A DNA stretch of 32,000 nucleotides from Clostridiaceae bacterium. Its GTDB lineage: Bacteria > Bacillota > Clostridia > Saccharofermentanales > DTU023. The DNA is taken from contig JAAZKK010000048.1 in the NCBI GenBank assembly GCA_012799825.1, positions 34,909-66,908 of the forward strand, read 5' to 3'. The position numbers and the translations under genes were made by a program. Under the pieces are notes generated by a model. The model saw nothing but the letters and a program-made list of their open reading frames with translations, was not told the origin of the DNA and searched no databases. Positions 1 to 9,425 of this stretch are shown piece by piece (position 1 is the stretch's first letter; the number at the start of each line of letters is the position of its first letter).

Positions 1-521
1 GCGATCACAGTGGCACCCCAGAGCATCCCGATGATGCTTCCTCCCAGATGATTAAGCCATCCGACGATGGGCACGCCGTCGATCGCAGGTGTCAGCAATC
101 TTGCCGCAAATCCCAATATGATCCTAACAAATAGATAAATAATTGCCAACGCGAGTGCCGCCGACGCCAGCATCCAGAGAGCGTGAGCTGTATAGTCGAC
201 GACATCCACCTTGCTTCCCGTCTGAGTCTGCAGGATTGTGCGCGTCCAAGATTCGGGAATACCGATTTCCTCAAGGACGGGACCGATGGTGACCGCTGAC
301 GCCCTGCCTGTTTCATATATCCGATTGGTCACATTCTGCATAGTTGAGCTGAACAAGCCTTGTGATGTCAAAAAAAGTGAAAGAGGACGCACAAAGAGGA
401 ACGCGATACCAATTGAAATCAGCGAACTTAGGAAACTGACGGCAGAAAGAAGCAAACCTCGACGGTAGCCGAATATCGTCATCAGAACAATAATCGCAAC
501 TATAAATATATCGAGTTTCAA
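1..521 (-). CDS. cvpA: CvpA family membrane protein (partial; 3' end runs off the window)
   Basis: My own translation of a minus-strand frame that is absent from the ORF track because it has no stop inside the window. It reads (M)KLDIFIVAIIVLMTIFGYRRGLLLSAVSFLSSLISIGIAFLF ... IILGFAARLLTPAIDGVPIVGWLNHLGGSIIGMLWGATVIA. The N-terminal TM helix plus GYRRG, and the C-terminal LNxLGxxxGxxxG pattern, are typical of CvpA. TTG start at 521 lies 5 nt after GGAG (527-530). Confidence 0.65.
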   Translation of the reverse strand, partial: MKLDIFIVAIIVLMTIFGYRRGLLLSAVSFLSSLISIGIAFLFVRPLSLFLTSQGLFSSTMQNVTNRIYETGRASAVTIGPVLEEIGIPESWTRTILQTQTGSKVDVVDYTAHALWMLASAALALAIIYLFVRIILGFAARLLTPAIDGVPIVGWLNHLGGSIIGMLWGATVI

Positions 522-575
522 AATGACTCCAACCTTTCAAGCCTTTTCAGCAGACCGTTTGTGTACTCGTCATGT

Positions 576-793
576 GAGCGGCATCGTCCTACGCGTGTGT
601 GAACGCATTTCAACTGCGACTATTAAAGGCAACACCGAGCGGCATCGTCCTACACGCATGTGAACGCATTTATCGGCAAATGCAAGTCCTTAAAAACACC
701 ATCCATTGTTTTATGCGCATGTGAACGCACTTTCATAGTCCAGCTGATAATCGACCAGAGCGACCATCGTTCTACGCGCATGTGAACGCACTC
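576..793. repeat. Four ~35-nt direct repeats separated by ~26-nt unique spacers (period 61 bp)
   Basis: Repeats lie at 576-610, 637-671, ~697-733 and 758-793. The invariant 10-mer TGTGAACGCA sits at 598, 659, 720 and 781, which is exactly 61 bp apart. R1 versus R2 is 32/35 identical. R3 has a diverged 5' half. Confidence 0.9.
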
Positions 794-928
794 TTCTCGT
801 GCGGTAATCAAGCACGCTGTTTCCAGGGATCAGTTTAAGCGAAGCTGTTCAAGGAATCAAATCAAATCCTATATGCTGTGTTAAAATTTTACATAACCGA
901 AGACTGATCAACGATGGAAGGACATTTT

Positions 929-1492
929 ATGCTGCGCCATAATCTTCCCATAAACAAACTTATTTTGCTCTATATCATCGGTGAAGTACCGGGGATCCGA
1001 CGCGCCCAACTCGGTGACGCGGCGCTTGCGACACTTTCCATGGACTACTTTGAAATGGCGTCAGCGCTGGATGAGCTGATCAAAACGCGCCTTATTCATA
1101 TAGCCGCGCGTCGCGATGAAAAAACACTGGATGCTCATGAGCGCGAAGTGGAACGCTGCGATCTCACCACAGAAGGCCGCCTGGTACTCGACGTGCTGAA
1201 CGACCAAATTCCCGCATCGACCCGCCGATTCCTTACGAACTATCTTGAAAAAAATGCGCTGAAAAGACGAACTGAAGATCAAATCACCGCAACGGTCGAA
1301 GAAACTGCCGGCGGTATGTATCGGCTTATATGCCGAAACACCTCAAACGGCGATGATACATTTCTTTTGAAGATGACGTTTCCGTCAGAGGAGCTCGCAA
1401 AAGAGGCTGCGGCGACTTGGCGACACCGCTACGATGATATATTGACAATGCTTTTAGAAGCATTTTCTGAAGGCCGTAACAAAAAACAGTAG
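929..1492 (+). CDS. DUF4364 family protein (putative wHTH regulator)
   Basis: Track ORF 914..1492. MLRHNLPINKLILLYIIGEVPGIRRAQL... resembles the DUF4364 N-terminus (NKLLLLYIL..., one helix-turn-helix-like domain). The ATG at 929 has GGAAGGA (916-922) 6 nt upstream, so I prefer it over 914. Confidence 0.6.
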   Translation: MLRHNLPINKLILLYIIGEVPGIRRAQLGDAALATLSMDYFEMASALDELIKTRLIHIAARRDEKTLDAHEREVERCDLTTEGRLVLDVLNDQIPASTRRFLTNYLEKNALKRRTEDQITATVEETAGGMYRLICRNTSNGDDTFLLKMTFPSEELAKEAAATWRHRYDDILTMLLEAFSEGRNKKQ

Positions 1493-1642
1493 AGGCTTTG
1501 CTCACCGATATATTTTTTAAAATTGCGTTTGTTCAGATATAAAGAATAAACGCTTTTTCATTTATGCCTTTCTAACATGTTTTCCAAAAAGCACATGCAT
1601 CCGAAGGGTGGCATGAATGAAAAAGCGTCCGTGTCTTCTTTC

Positions 1643-1807
1643 TTAGTCCTCTATAGGTGAAAAATCGTCTTTGCCTACACTGCATACCGGGCAAACCCAG
1701 TCATCCGGCAGATCTTCAAAGGCTACACCGGGCTCAATTCCTGCATCAGGATCACCGACTTCGGGATCGTACACATAACCGCAAATGTCACATACGTATT
1801 CTTTCAT
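1643..1807 (-). CDS. Rubredoxin
   Basis: [16 protein letters not shown]...[18 protein letters not shown] carries both CxxC knuckles and the canonical rubredoxin length. The track start at 1837 adds 10 non-canonical residues, so I prefer the internal ATG at 1807. Confidence 0.9.
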   Translation of the reverse strand: MKEYVCDICGYVYDPEVGDPDAGIEPGVAFEDLPDDWVCPVCSVGKDDFSPIED

Positions 1808-2205
1808 TGCTGTTTCTCTTTCTTTCATCATGCGCATCTTTCATCTATTTTGATGAGGCAATTCATGTTCGTTTTCTATCGCACATTCTGCAAAAGTCAA
1901 CGAATCCGTTCTTGTTCGGCAAACACCGACGTCGACAAAGAAGGTTTCTAATTGTATTCATCCTGTATCCGACGTCGAACAATGCCGTAGTTTTTCATTT
2001 GACATTTTCATGTGACGGAAACGACGGTATTTGTCGCCGCTCTATTACCGGCACCGTGCAATGCCAAGGCTCATCACCAAGACGTTTTCCCAAACAAGGA
2101 TAACGTCTTAGCTGGCAATCATTATACATGAATCTATACGAAGTCTATTCAGGATGAAAATAGAATATAGATAGAATGTCTGAAAAAAGAAGAGAAACAG
2201 AATGT

Positions 2206-3480
<1,275 letters not shown>

Positions 3481-3529
3481 TCAAGTCGGTTCTTAAAAAA
3501 GAATTTAAGCGTTTCCTGTAACGTTCGTG

Positions 3530-3814
3530 TTATGCCTCAACGGGATAAACGCTCGCGCACCTCTTCGTCCGGGATACGCGCTCAAAACGAACGGTGCCGT
3601 CAACTTTTGCGTACAGCGTGTCATCTTTACCTATGCCGACATTGCGACCCGGATGAATTTTCGTGCCGCGCTGACGGTAAATGATGCTCCCCGCCGTGCA
3701 GAATTGGCCATCCGCTAACTTGGCACCAAGGCGCTTCGCGCGTGAATCGCGTCCGTTGCGTGTACTCCCCATGCCCATTTTGTGAGCAAGAAGCTGTAAA
3801 TTAACTTTAATCAT
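3530..3814 (-). CDS. rpmA: 50S ribosomal protein L27 with N-terminal propeptide
   Basis: [30 protein letters not shown]... is a Firmicute-type N-terminal extension (compare MLKLNLQFF/ASKKG) followed by the conserved L27 core. Confidence 0.97.
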   Translation of the reverse strand: MIKVNLQLLAHKMGMGSTRNGRDSRAKRLGAKLADGQFCTAGSIIYRQRGTKIHPGRNVGIGKDDTLYAKVDGTVRFERVSRTKRCASVYPVEA

Positions 3815-3861
3815 GGTTATCCTCCCCTTTGATAACGCGCCGGTCTGGAACGCGCGCGGTA

Positions 3862-4191
3862 TTACTCATCAATTACGGTCAAATACGTCTTACCGTAGCT
3901 GTCCTGAATTTGTATACATCCAATGCGTACCGACTCCATAAGTGAAGAGCCGATGAGTGCGTGTTCGGCGTCTTCCGGATATGTCACGTGACAAGCGATG
4001 TGGCCGTCATCCAGACGATAATCGGGATTCATGGCCGCAAGCTCTTGCAAACTTCCGATCGCCGTCTGGGCAATGGCCGATACGCCGGCACAAACAATGT
4101 CCTGTCCACTCGTTGCATACCCGGAATGACCGGTCATGGCAAACGATACAATCCGTCCGCAGTCGTCACGCTGAAAAGCCGCGCGGATCAT
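3862..4191 (-). CDS. prp: Ribosomal-processing cysteine protease Prp (YsxB family)
   Basis: [10 protein letters not shown]...[20 protein letters not shown]... contains the GH...C(A)GVS catalytic dyad region. It lies between rplU and rpmA. The track start at 4314 overlaps rplU. The internal ATG at 4191 is 8 nt after the rplU stop and has a GAAGG SD. Confidence 0.85.
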   Translation of the reverse strand: MIRAAFQRDDCGRIVSFAMTGHSGYATSGQDIVCAGVSAIAQTAIGSLQELAAMNPDYRLDDGHIACHVTYPEDAEHALIGSSLMESVRIGCIQIQDSYGKTYLTVIDE

Positions 4192-4198
4192 TCGACCT

Positions 4199-4516
4199 TC
4201 AGCCTTCGATCGCCTCAATGCGCACGCGCGTGTACGGCTGTCTGTGCCCCATCTTACGACGATATTGCTTCTTGGGCTTGTACTTGAAGACGACAATCTT
4301 CTTGCCGCGCCCATGTTTCACAATTTTGCCCCTCACGACGGCACCTTCAAGGATCGGCGTTCCCGTACGGAGCGATTTGCCGTCCGATACGGCAAGAACA
4401 TCAGTAAACTCGACATCGCTGTCAGGCTCACCCTCAATCGTCTCGATAAAAATCTCATCTCCTTCAGACACGCGGTACTGTTTCCCTCCGGTCTGAATAA
4501 TGGCATAGCTAGTCAT
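4199..4516 (-). CDS. rplU: 50S ribosomal protein L21
   Basis: [25 protein letters not shown]...[32 protein letters not shown] is the canonical L21 sequence. Confidence 0.97.
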   Translation of the reverse strand: MTSYAIIQTGGKQYRVSEGDEIFIETIEGEPDSDVEFTDVLAVSDGKSLRTGTPILEGAVVRGKIVKHGRGKKIVVFKYKPKKQYRRKMGHRQPYTRVRIEAIEG

Positions 4517-4598
4517 GCGGTCACTCCTTATTTCTCAGTCTCGCCCAACGAAGGCTGGCGCCTGATTGCGCCATTAACAGGCCCCGCCAGAGCGGTCG
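4517..4598 (-). promoter_or_regulatory. Structured 5' leader of the rplU operon (possible L21-leader-type element)
   Basis: An ~80-nt leader lies between the predicted -10 and the rplU ATG. It contains a perfect hairpin TGGCGC-aatcag-GCGCCA and a CCGC-tctg-GCGG hairpin (minus-strand sense). A ribosomal L21 leader is known upstream of rplU in Firmicutes. I could not check a match to the covariance model. Confidence 0.35.
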
Positions 4599-4605
4599 CC
4601 GGATT

Positions 4606-4635
4606 ATGATACGACAGACCGACGTCAAGTGTCAA
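4606..4635 (-). promoter_or_regulatory. Sigma-70/SigA-type promoter for rplU-prp-rpmA(-obg)
   Basis: In minus-strand sense there is TTGACA (4635-4630), an 18-nt spacer, then TATCAT (4611-4606). Confidence 0.5.
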
Positions 4636-4654
4636 ATGCTAAATTACCAAGCCG

Positions 4655-4775
4655 ACCACTGAACCACTGACCGACCAATACCAACCAATGCCGACCAAGC
4701 AGCCCAAGCCGTCACTGACCACTGAGAGCACTGTGCCGACCACTGACCACCGTTGAGTCGACCACTGACCACTGA
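4655..4775. repeat. Cluster of six exact ACCACTGA octamers (TCAGTGGT on the minus strand) plus variants
   Basis: Exact copies start at 4655, 4663, 4718, 4739, 4761 and 4768. A variant GTCACTGA is at 4711. Related CCGACCAA motifs lie between them. Confidence 0.9.
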
Positions 4776-4906
4776 CAAGCTGAAAACCGACAGACTAACA
4801 GTAACCTGAATATTAAAAGATCACTTCCAGCGTTACCCACAATTCCTAGCGGACAATTTTTTGATTTTATTTAAAAAAATAAATTCGCATCCGATAAAAG
4901 AAAGTG

Positions 4907-5315
4907 TTTTTCCTAAACCGTCTAAGAAATTGACTGCGAATTGCGGCAAAAAGAACGATTTTTCTAAATTAACTGAAAAATTGACCTCTGCTACGAAATC
5001 GGAAATAACAGTTTTTCTAAACTATCTAAAAAATTGGCCAAAGCTCTAGCCGTGAAGAGCAGCTTTTCTAAAATAACTGAAAATTTGGCCAAAGCTCTAG
5101 CCGTGCAGGGCAGTTCTTCTAAAATAACCGAGAAATTGACCAACGCGCCCACTGTGCAAGGCAGCTCTTCTAAAATAACTGAAAAGTTGGCCAATGCTCA
5201 TGCCGAGTCAGACCGTTTTTCTTTATTAATTGAAAAATTGGCAGCCATTCTCGCCGAGTGAGACAGTTTTTCGAAATTTATTGAAAAACTGGCTATGAGG
5301 CTTGCCATAACTAGG
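4907..5315. repeat. Tandem array A: 8 units of 51-53 bp
   Basis: TTTTTCT-type unit starts are at 4907, 4959, 5012, 5063, 5114, 5165, 5216 and 5267. Each unit has a conserved block of ~28 nt (TTTTCTAAAATAACTGAAAAATTGGCC) and a divergent block of ~23 nt ending in CAG. Confidence 0.92.
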
Positions 5316-7256
5316 CTAATCTGCTGACGGCTCGCCTTCTTCTAATAACGAAAAATACGATTTATAAAGTTGTTCGAGTTCTGAAAGCAAATTGGCGTAG
5401 TCTTCGTAGTCTTCCGGCGTATGTGTCGTAAGATCGACATTTTCAAATGCGTCGCGCTCGTTTTCATGCGAGTGAATCGCTTCCTCAAGAGCAGCAACGC
5501 GCTGTCGGTATGCTGCGCGCGCTCGTCGCAGTTCTGCAGGATTCATTGAACGCTTATTATCGTCGTTTTGCACATCCCGACGATGTATCGTATTGTCCGA
5601 GAAGGACTCTTTTTCCTCCGAAGATGACGATACATCCGTCTGATCGGCACGCAAATCCATGACCGCGTCGCGCCAGTCTTTATACCGATCAAAGGGGAGA
5701 ATAGATGTCCCGACAAAGCCCAAAACACGCGTCGACGCAGCTTGGATGAAGGCGCGATCGTGACTTACGACAATCACGGCACCCTTGAATGAAGTCAGCG
5801 CCTCTTCCAGAAGATGGCGCGATTCAATATCGAGGTGGTTGGTGGGTTCGTCAAGCACCATCAGATCCGGCGCCTGCTCGAGTAGGGAGCACAAGTTGAG
5901 GCGATGGCGCTCCCCGCCCGATAGCGACTCAATACGTTTGATCATCGATTCTTCACGAAAACCGTACTGCGCGAGGCGTGAGCGTATCGCCGTTTCTGTT
6001 CGGGGAAATGATTTTGCAAGCCACGCGTATACGGTCAACGACTCGTCGTCAAAGGTCACCGTCTGCCCCATAAACGCCATGCTTGGATCGCCGTAAAGTC
6101 GAATATGGCCTTCATCCGCTTCACGACTGCCAAGCAAAATATGCAAAAGACTCGTCTTCCCACATCCGTTCGATCCGAGAAGAGCGACTCTATCCTGCGC
6201 GCGAATATGAAATGAAACATCGCGGAACAACGTCCGATCATAAACAAGCGACAGATTCTCTACTTCAAGGAGCACGCGGTTCATATCTTTTTTATCCGAA
6301 GAAGAAACGATCGAAAAAGACATCCTGCGCTTCGGGTTTTTATGGTCGCGCAACACCTGCATTTCATCTTTCAACTTCCGTACGACTTTTTCCCTTGAAT
6401 GGTAAGAGTTCATTTTCCGGTGCGACAACATCGTCTGAGTTACAGCCTCTTGCCGCTTGATCTCCGTTTCAAGCCGCTCCAATGTCCGGTAACGATTCTC
6501 CTCGATCGCACGTTTCTGCTCGCGCGATGCTGAATAATTGCCCTGATAGACATAGAGCTTGCAGCCTTCAAGTTCGAAAATGCTGGTGCACACATGGTCA
6601 AGGAACCAGCGGTCATGCGACACGATCATCATGGTGACGTTTGTGGATACAAGATGTGTTTGAAGCCATTCCAATCCATCCAAATCGAGGTGGTTCGTCG
6701 GTTCGTCGAACAACATGAGATCACTTTTTTGAAGAAGAAAGCGCCCAAGCGCGACACGCATTTTCTCCCCGCCGGACAGCGTTTCGTAGGGTTGTTCCAT
6801 TTGTTCATTAGAAAGACCGAGGCCTGCCAGCGTCCGGGCAAGCCTTGCGCGATAATCATAGACGCCGGATGCTTCGTATGCATTCTGCACACAGCTGTAT
6901 GCTTTGGCCGCATCTATTAGAGCATCGCCCCCTAGTCGTTCCATATCGCGTTCGAGCGTTTTCATCCGGTGTTCCATCTCTGTAAAGCGCGTATTTTCTA
7001 ACACATCGGATGTCCCCAAATCAACAGCGAGGGGACGCTGATCGAGATAGGAAACGAGAAGCGATGACGCTCTCGAGATCGTTCCTATGTCCGGCTGAAT
7101 AATGCCGCGAATGATCCCCATCAACGTTGTCTTTCCTGAACCGTTGATGCCCGTAAGACCGATGCGATCGCCGCGTTCAATCGAAAAAGAGAGATCGTCT
7201 AACACGGTACGCCCCTGATACGCTTTTGAAATATGTCGCGCAACGACAAGACTCAT
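5316..7256 (-). CDS. ABC-F family ATPase (Uup/YdiF-like, two ABC domains plus C-terminal coiled coil)
   Basis: Two Walker A motifs (GINGSGKTT, GSNGCGKTS), two signature motifs (LSGGEKMR, LSGGERHR) and two Walker B motifs (LMLFDEPTNHLD, LMVLDEPTNHLD). There are no TM segments. The C-terminal tail is charged. Confidence 0.93.
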   Translation of the reverse strand: MSLVVARHISKAYQGRTVLDDLSFSIERGDRIGLTGINGSGKTTLMGIIRGIIQPDIGTISRASSLLVSYLDQRPLAVDLGTSDVLENTRFTEMEHRMKTLERDMERLGGDALIDAAKAYSCVQNAYEASGVYDYRARLARTLAGLGLSNEQMEQPYETLSGGEKMRVALGRFLLQKSDLMLFDEPTNHLDLDGLEWLQTHLVSTNVTMMIVSHDRWFLDHVCTSIFELEGCKLYVYQGNYSASREQKRAIEENRYRTLERLETEIKRQEAVTQTMLSHRKMNSYHSREKVVRKLKDEMQVLRDHKNPKRRMSFSIVSSSDKKDMNRVLLEVENLSLVYDRTLFRDVSFHIRAQDRVALLGSNGCGKTSLLHILLGSREADEGHIRLYGDPSMAFMGQTVTFDDESLTVYAWLAKSFPRTETAIRSRLAQYGFREESMIKRIESLSGGERHRLNLCSLLEQAPDLMVLDEPTNHLDIESRHLLEEALTSFKGAVIVVSHDRAFIQAASTRVLGFVGTSILPFDRYKDWRDAVMDLRADQTDVSSSSEEKESFSDNTIHRRDVQNDDNKRSMNPAELRRARAAYRQRVAALEEAIHSHENERDAFENVDLTTHTPEDYEDYANLLSELEQLYKSYFSLLEEGEPSAD

Positions 7257-7576
7257 AAAAAGCCACCCTCAATAGTAAATCGCAACCGCGTCGTATTATC
7301 GCACACTTAAGAAAAGCAAGCTACTCTCAAGACCTTGTTTTATCTACACAGCACCCAATCAATTAATATCAAAACAAAGTGAACATCGTGGATATGGCGG
7401 CCGCCCATTTACACTTTTTCTCAGCGTATGATGTTCAATCATCAACATGGGACAACACGACATGATTGGTAAATTAGTCGCGGGAAAGGAATGACGATCA
7501 ACTAGCAACATGAGCTGATGCCACGTGATAAAATAAGATAAACTAGATTTCTCTAGGAGAAAGTGAGCCACACATC

Positions 7577-9136
7577 GTGAAACTGTTGCCATCTTTTGAA
7601 GATCCAGACGTCATCCGCATTGATCGCTTAACGTCCGAACACGTTGCAGGCGAAAAGCTGCCCGAATACGATGCTATAGCCGCTGCCATCGCACCCGGTA
7701 AAACCATCTTTTTCATCGGCATCGCCGGCATCAGTGTGAGCGGACTTGCCGAGTACGCGAGTCGCCAAGGCATCCGATGTGCCGGCTCTGATCCCTCGGA
7801 AAACACACGAACGGCTTATCTTCAGAAAAAGGGCATCCTTGTATTTCACAAACACGATGCATCTAATATCGACCAGATTAAGCCGGATCTTGTCGTCTAT
7901 TCAAACGCTGTCTCAGCGGACAACCCTGAACGGGTTCGCGCCGCAAAACTCGACATCCCGTGCGTAAATCGTTCTGTTTTCCTTGGCACCATCGGCCGCA
8001 TGTTCCGCCGCGCCATCCACATTACCGGCACAAACGGCAAGACCACCACGACGGCCATGTGCGCATTGATGTTGTTGGAAGCAAAACTCGATCCTATGGT
8101 TCATCTCGGTGCTGAGTTCAGAGAATTCCGTTCCACCATTCGCTTTAGCGAATCAGATAATCAAGAACTCTTCCTTTCAGAAGCCTGTGAATATCAGCGC
8201 GGTTTTTACCACTATGAAGGCACCGCCATAGCGATCCTTAATATTGTGCACGACCACATTGACAGCTTTCCTACAATCGACGATATGATCGACGCATTCG
8301 CGCGTTTCGCCGCCTTACAACCGGAAAACACTTACGTTCTCGTGCCTTCAGACGATCCGCACATCCCTGCCATGATGCGCCGTTTGGAAGAAGTACGACC
8401 CGGCCATTCTAAAAAGCTCTACTGGCTTTGGTTTGGACCTGAAGGCGCCAAGAAGCCCTGTGGCGCGCCCGCAGATTTTACTTATCGCATCACCTCTTAT
8501 GACGATTCAGGTCATCCGTCATTTCAACTTTACAAGAACGGCTCACTTTTCACCTCAGCAAAGCTCTCCGTCATTGGCGAATTCAACGTTAAAAATGCCG
8601 TCGCAGCAGCCGCGCTTGCCGACCTTGCGGGTGCGACGCCGGACAACATTCGTATCGCTTGCGAAAAGTTTCAGGGAGCGGAAGGTCGATTCACACATAC
8701 GGGACGCTTCAACGGTGCCGATATCTACGTTGATTACGCGCATCATCCATCGGCTGTCGAGGTAACCGTCAAAGCCATAAAGAATATGCCGGCAAAACGT
8801 TTTTGGATATGCTTTCAGCCCATGACCTACAGTCGCACTCTCGGCTTCTTTGACGCCTTCGTAGAGTCTTTGTACAAGATCCGGCCTGTCTTGATCTCGG
8901 AAGTATTCGATAACCGCGAGAAGAACGCCACCGTCAGCTCAAAAGACATGTGCGATCGCATCAACGAACTCGGTGGCGATGCCCGCTATTTCGAAACCAA
9001 TGAAGCGCTCGAAGCTTACCTTCGCCGCGTTATCGAGCCGGATGATGTTGTCCTCATCATGGGTGGCGGCACGAACATCCTCGAAGTCGGTGATCGCCTG
9101 ACCGGACGAAGCGATCACATGGCGCCTGTTCTCTAA
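7577..9136 (+). CDS. murC: UDP-N-acetylmuramate--L-alanine ligase (MurC)
   Basis: FFIGIAGISVSGLAEYA (Rossmann N-domain), ITGTNGKTTTTAM (Mur ligase P-loop) and DYAHHPSAVE. The GTG start has no convincing SD. The protein is ~519 aa, longer than typical, with ~35 extra N-terminal residues and an internal insertion around aa 285-325. Confidence 0.85.
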   Translation: MKLLPSFEDPDVIRIDRLTSEHVAGEKLPEYDAIAAAIAPGKTIFFIGIAGISVSGLAEYASRQGIRCAGSDPSENTRTAYLQKKGILVFHKHDASNIDQIKPDLVVYSNAVSADNPERVRAAKLDIPCVNRSVFLGTIGRMFRRAIHITGTNGKTTTTAMCALMLLEAKLDPMVHLGAEFREFRSTIRFSESDNQELFLSEACEYQRGFYHYEGTAIAILNIVHDHIDSFPTIDDMIDAFARFAALQPENTYVLVPSDDPHIPAMMRRLEEVRPGHSKKLYWLWFGPEGAKKPCGAPADFTYRITSYDDSGHPSFQLYKNGSLFTSAKLSVIGEFNVKNAVAAAALADLAGATPDNIRIACEKFQGAEGRFTHTGRFNGADIYVDYAHHPSAVEVTVKAIKNMPAKRFWICFQPMTYSRTLGFFDAFVESLYKIRPVLISEVFDNREKNATVSSKDMCDRINELGGDARYFETNEALEAYLRRVIEPDDVVLIMGGGTNILEVGDRLTGRSDHMAPVL

Positions 9137-9141
9137 TAATT

Positions 9142-9165
9142 GAAGGTCGCCCGAAAGCGACCTTC
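9142..9165 (+). terminator. Hairpin terminator after murC
   Basis: GAAGGTCGC-ccgaaa-GCGACCTTC is a perfect 9-bp stem starting 6 nt after the murC stop. The trailing T-tract is weak (tcgacattt). Confidence 0.5.
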
Positions 9166-9425
9166 TCGACATTTAGATAGTATTAATAATTTTCTTTGCG
9201 GCGTGAATTGCCATCAAAAACCTCATATTCAAGAAGATTTTCGTGCTGTTACCTTCCTTATATCGCATGACTTGTTAATCGAAATGACCCTACTTACATC
9301 TACTCGCCCGTACTTGGACTGGGAAGAAACTCTTAAGAATTAGGAAATAGTAAATGGATCAGCATCATGCTCCTTTGCACTGAGAAGTGCTAAAATACGC
9401 TACGTTGAATGTACGAGAACACAGT

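Noticed and set aside
576-793. Calling this a bona fide CRISPR array
   Set aside because: There are only four repeats at ~80-91% identity, one of them half-diverged, and the spacers are short (26 nt). No cas genes or leader are present in the window. Similar conserved-plus-variable tandem arrays fill other spacers here. I report it as a repeat with CRISPR-like geometry instead.
1657-2103. 148-aa ORF on the plus strand
   Set aside because: Its first third is antisense to the well-supported rubredoxin gene and the rest runs through spacer. It has no SD and no recognisable domain.
4907-5315. Array A as a CRISPR array, or as protein-coding (track ORFs 4991..5194 minus, 5034..5261 plus, 4861..5049 plus)
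   Set aside because: The variable blocks are only ~23 nt and neighbouring blocks are homologous to each other, so they are not independent spacers. The ORFs are open on both strands simply because a stop-free unit is repeated. They have no SD and start with TTG, and they encode 17-aa periodic low-complexity peptides.
7359-7855. Minus-strand ORFs 7359..7592, 7543..7806 and 7628..7855
   Set aside because: They lie in the ABC-F/murC divergent promoter region or antisense to the murC 5' end. They have no SD and no homology features.
9140-9343. 67-aa ORF on the plus strand in the murC/ftsH convergent spacer
   Set aside because: It starts inside the murC terminator hairpin. It has no SD and no recognisable features.
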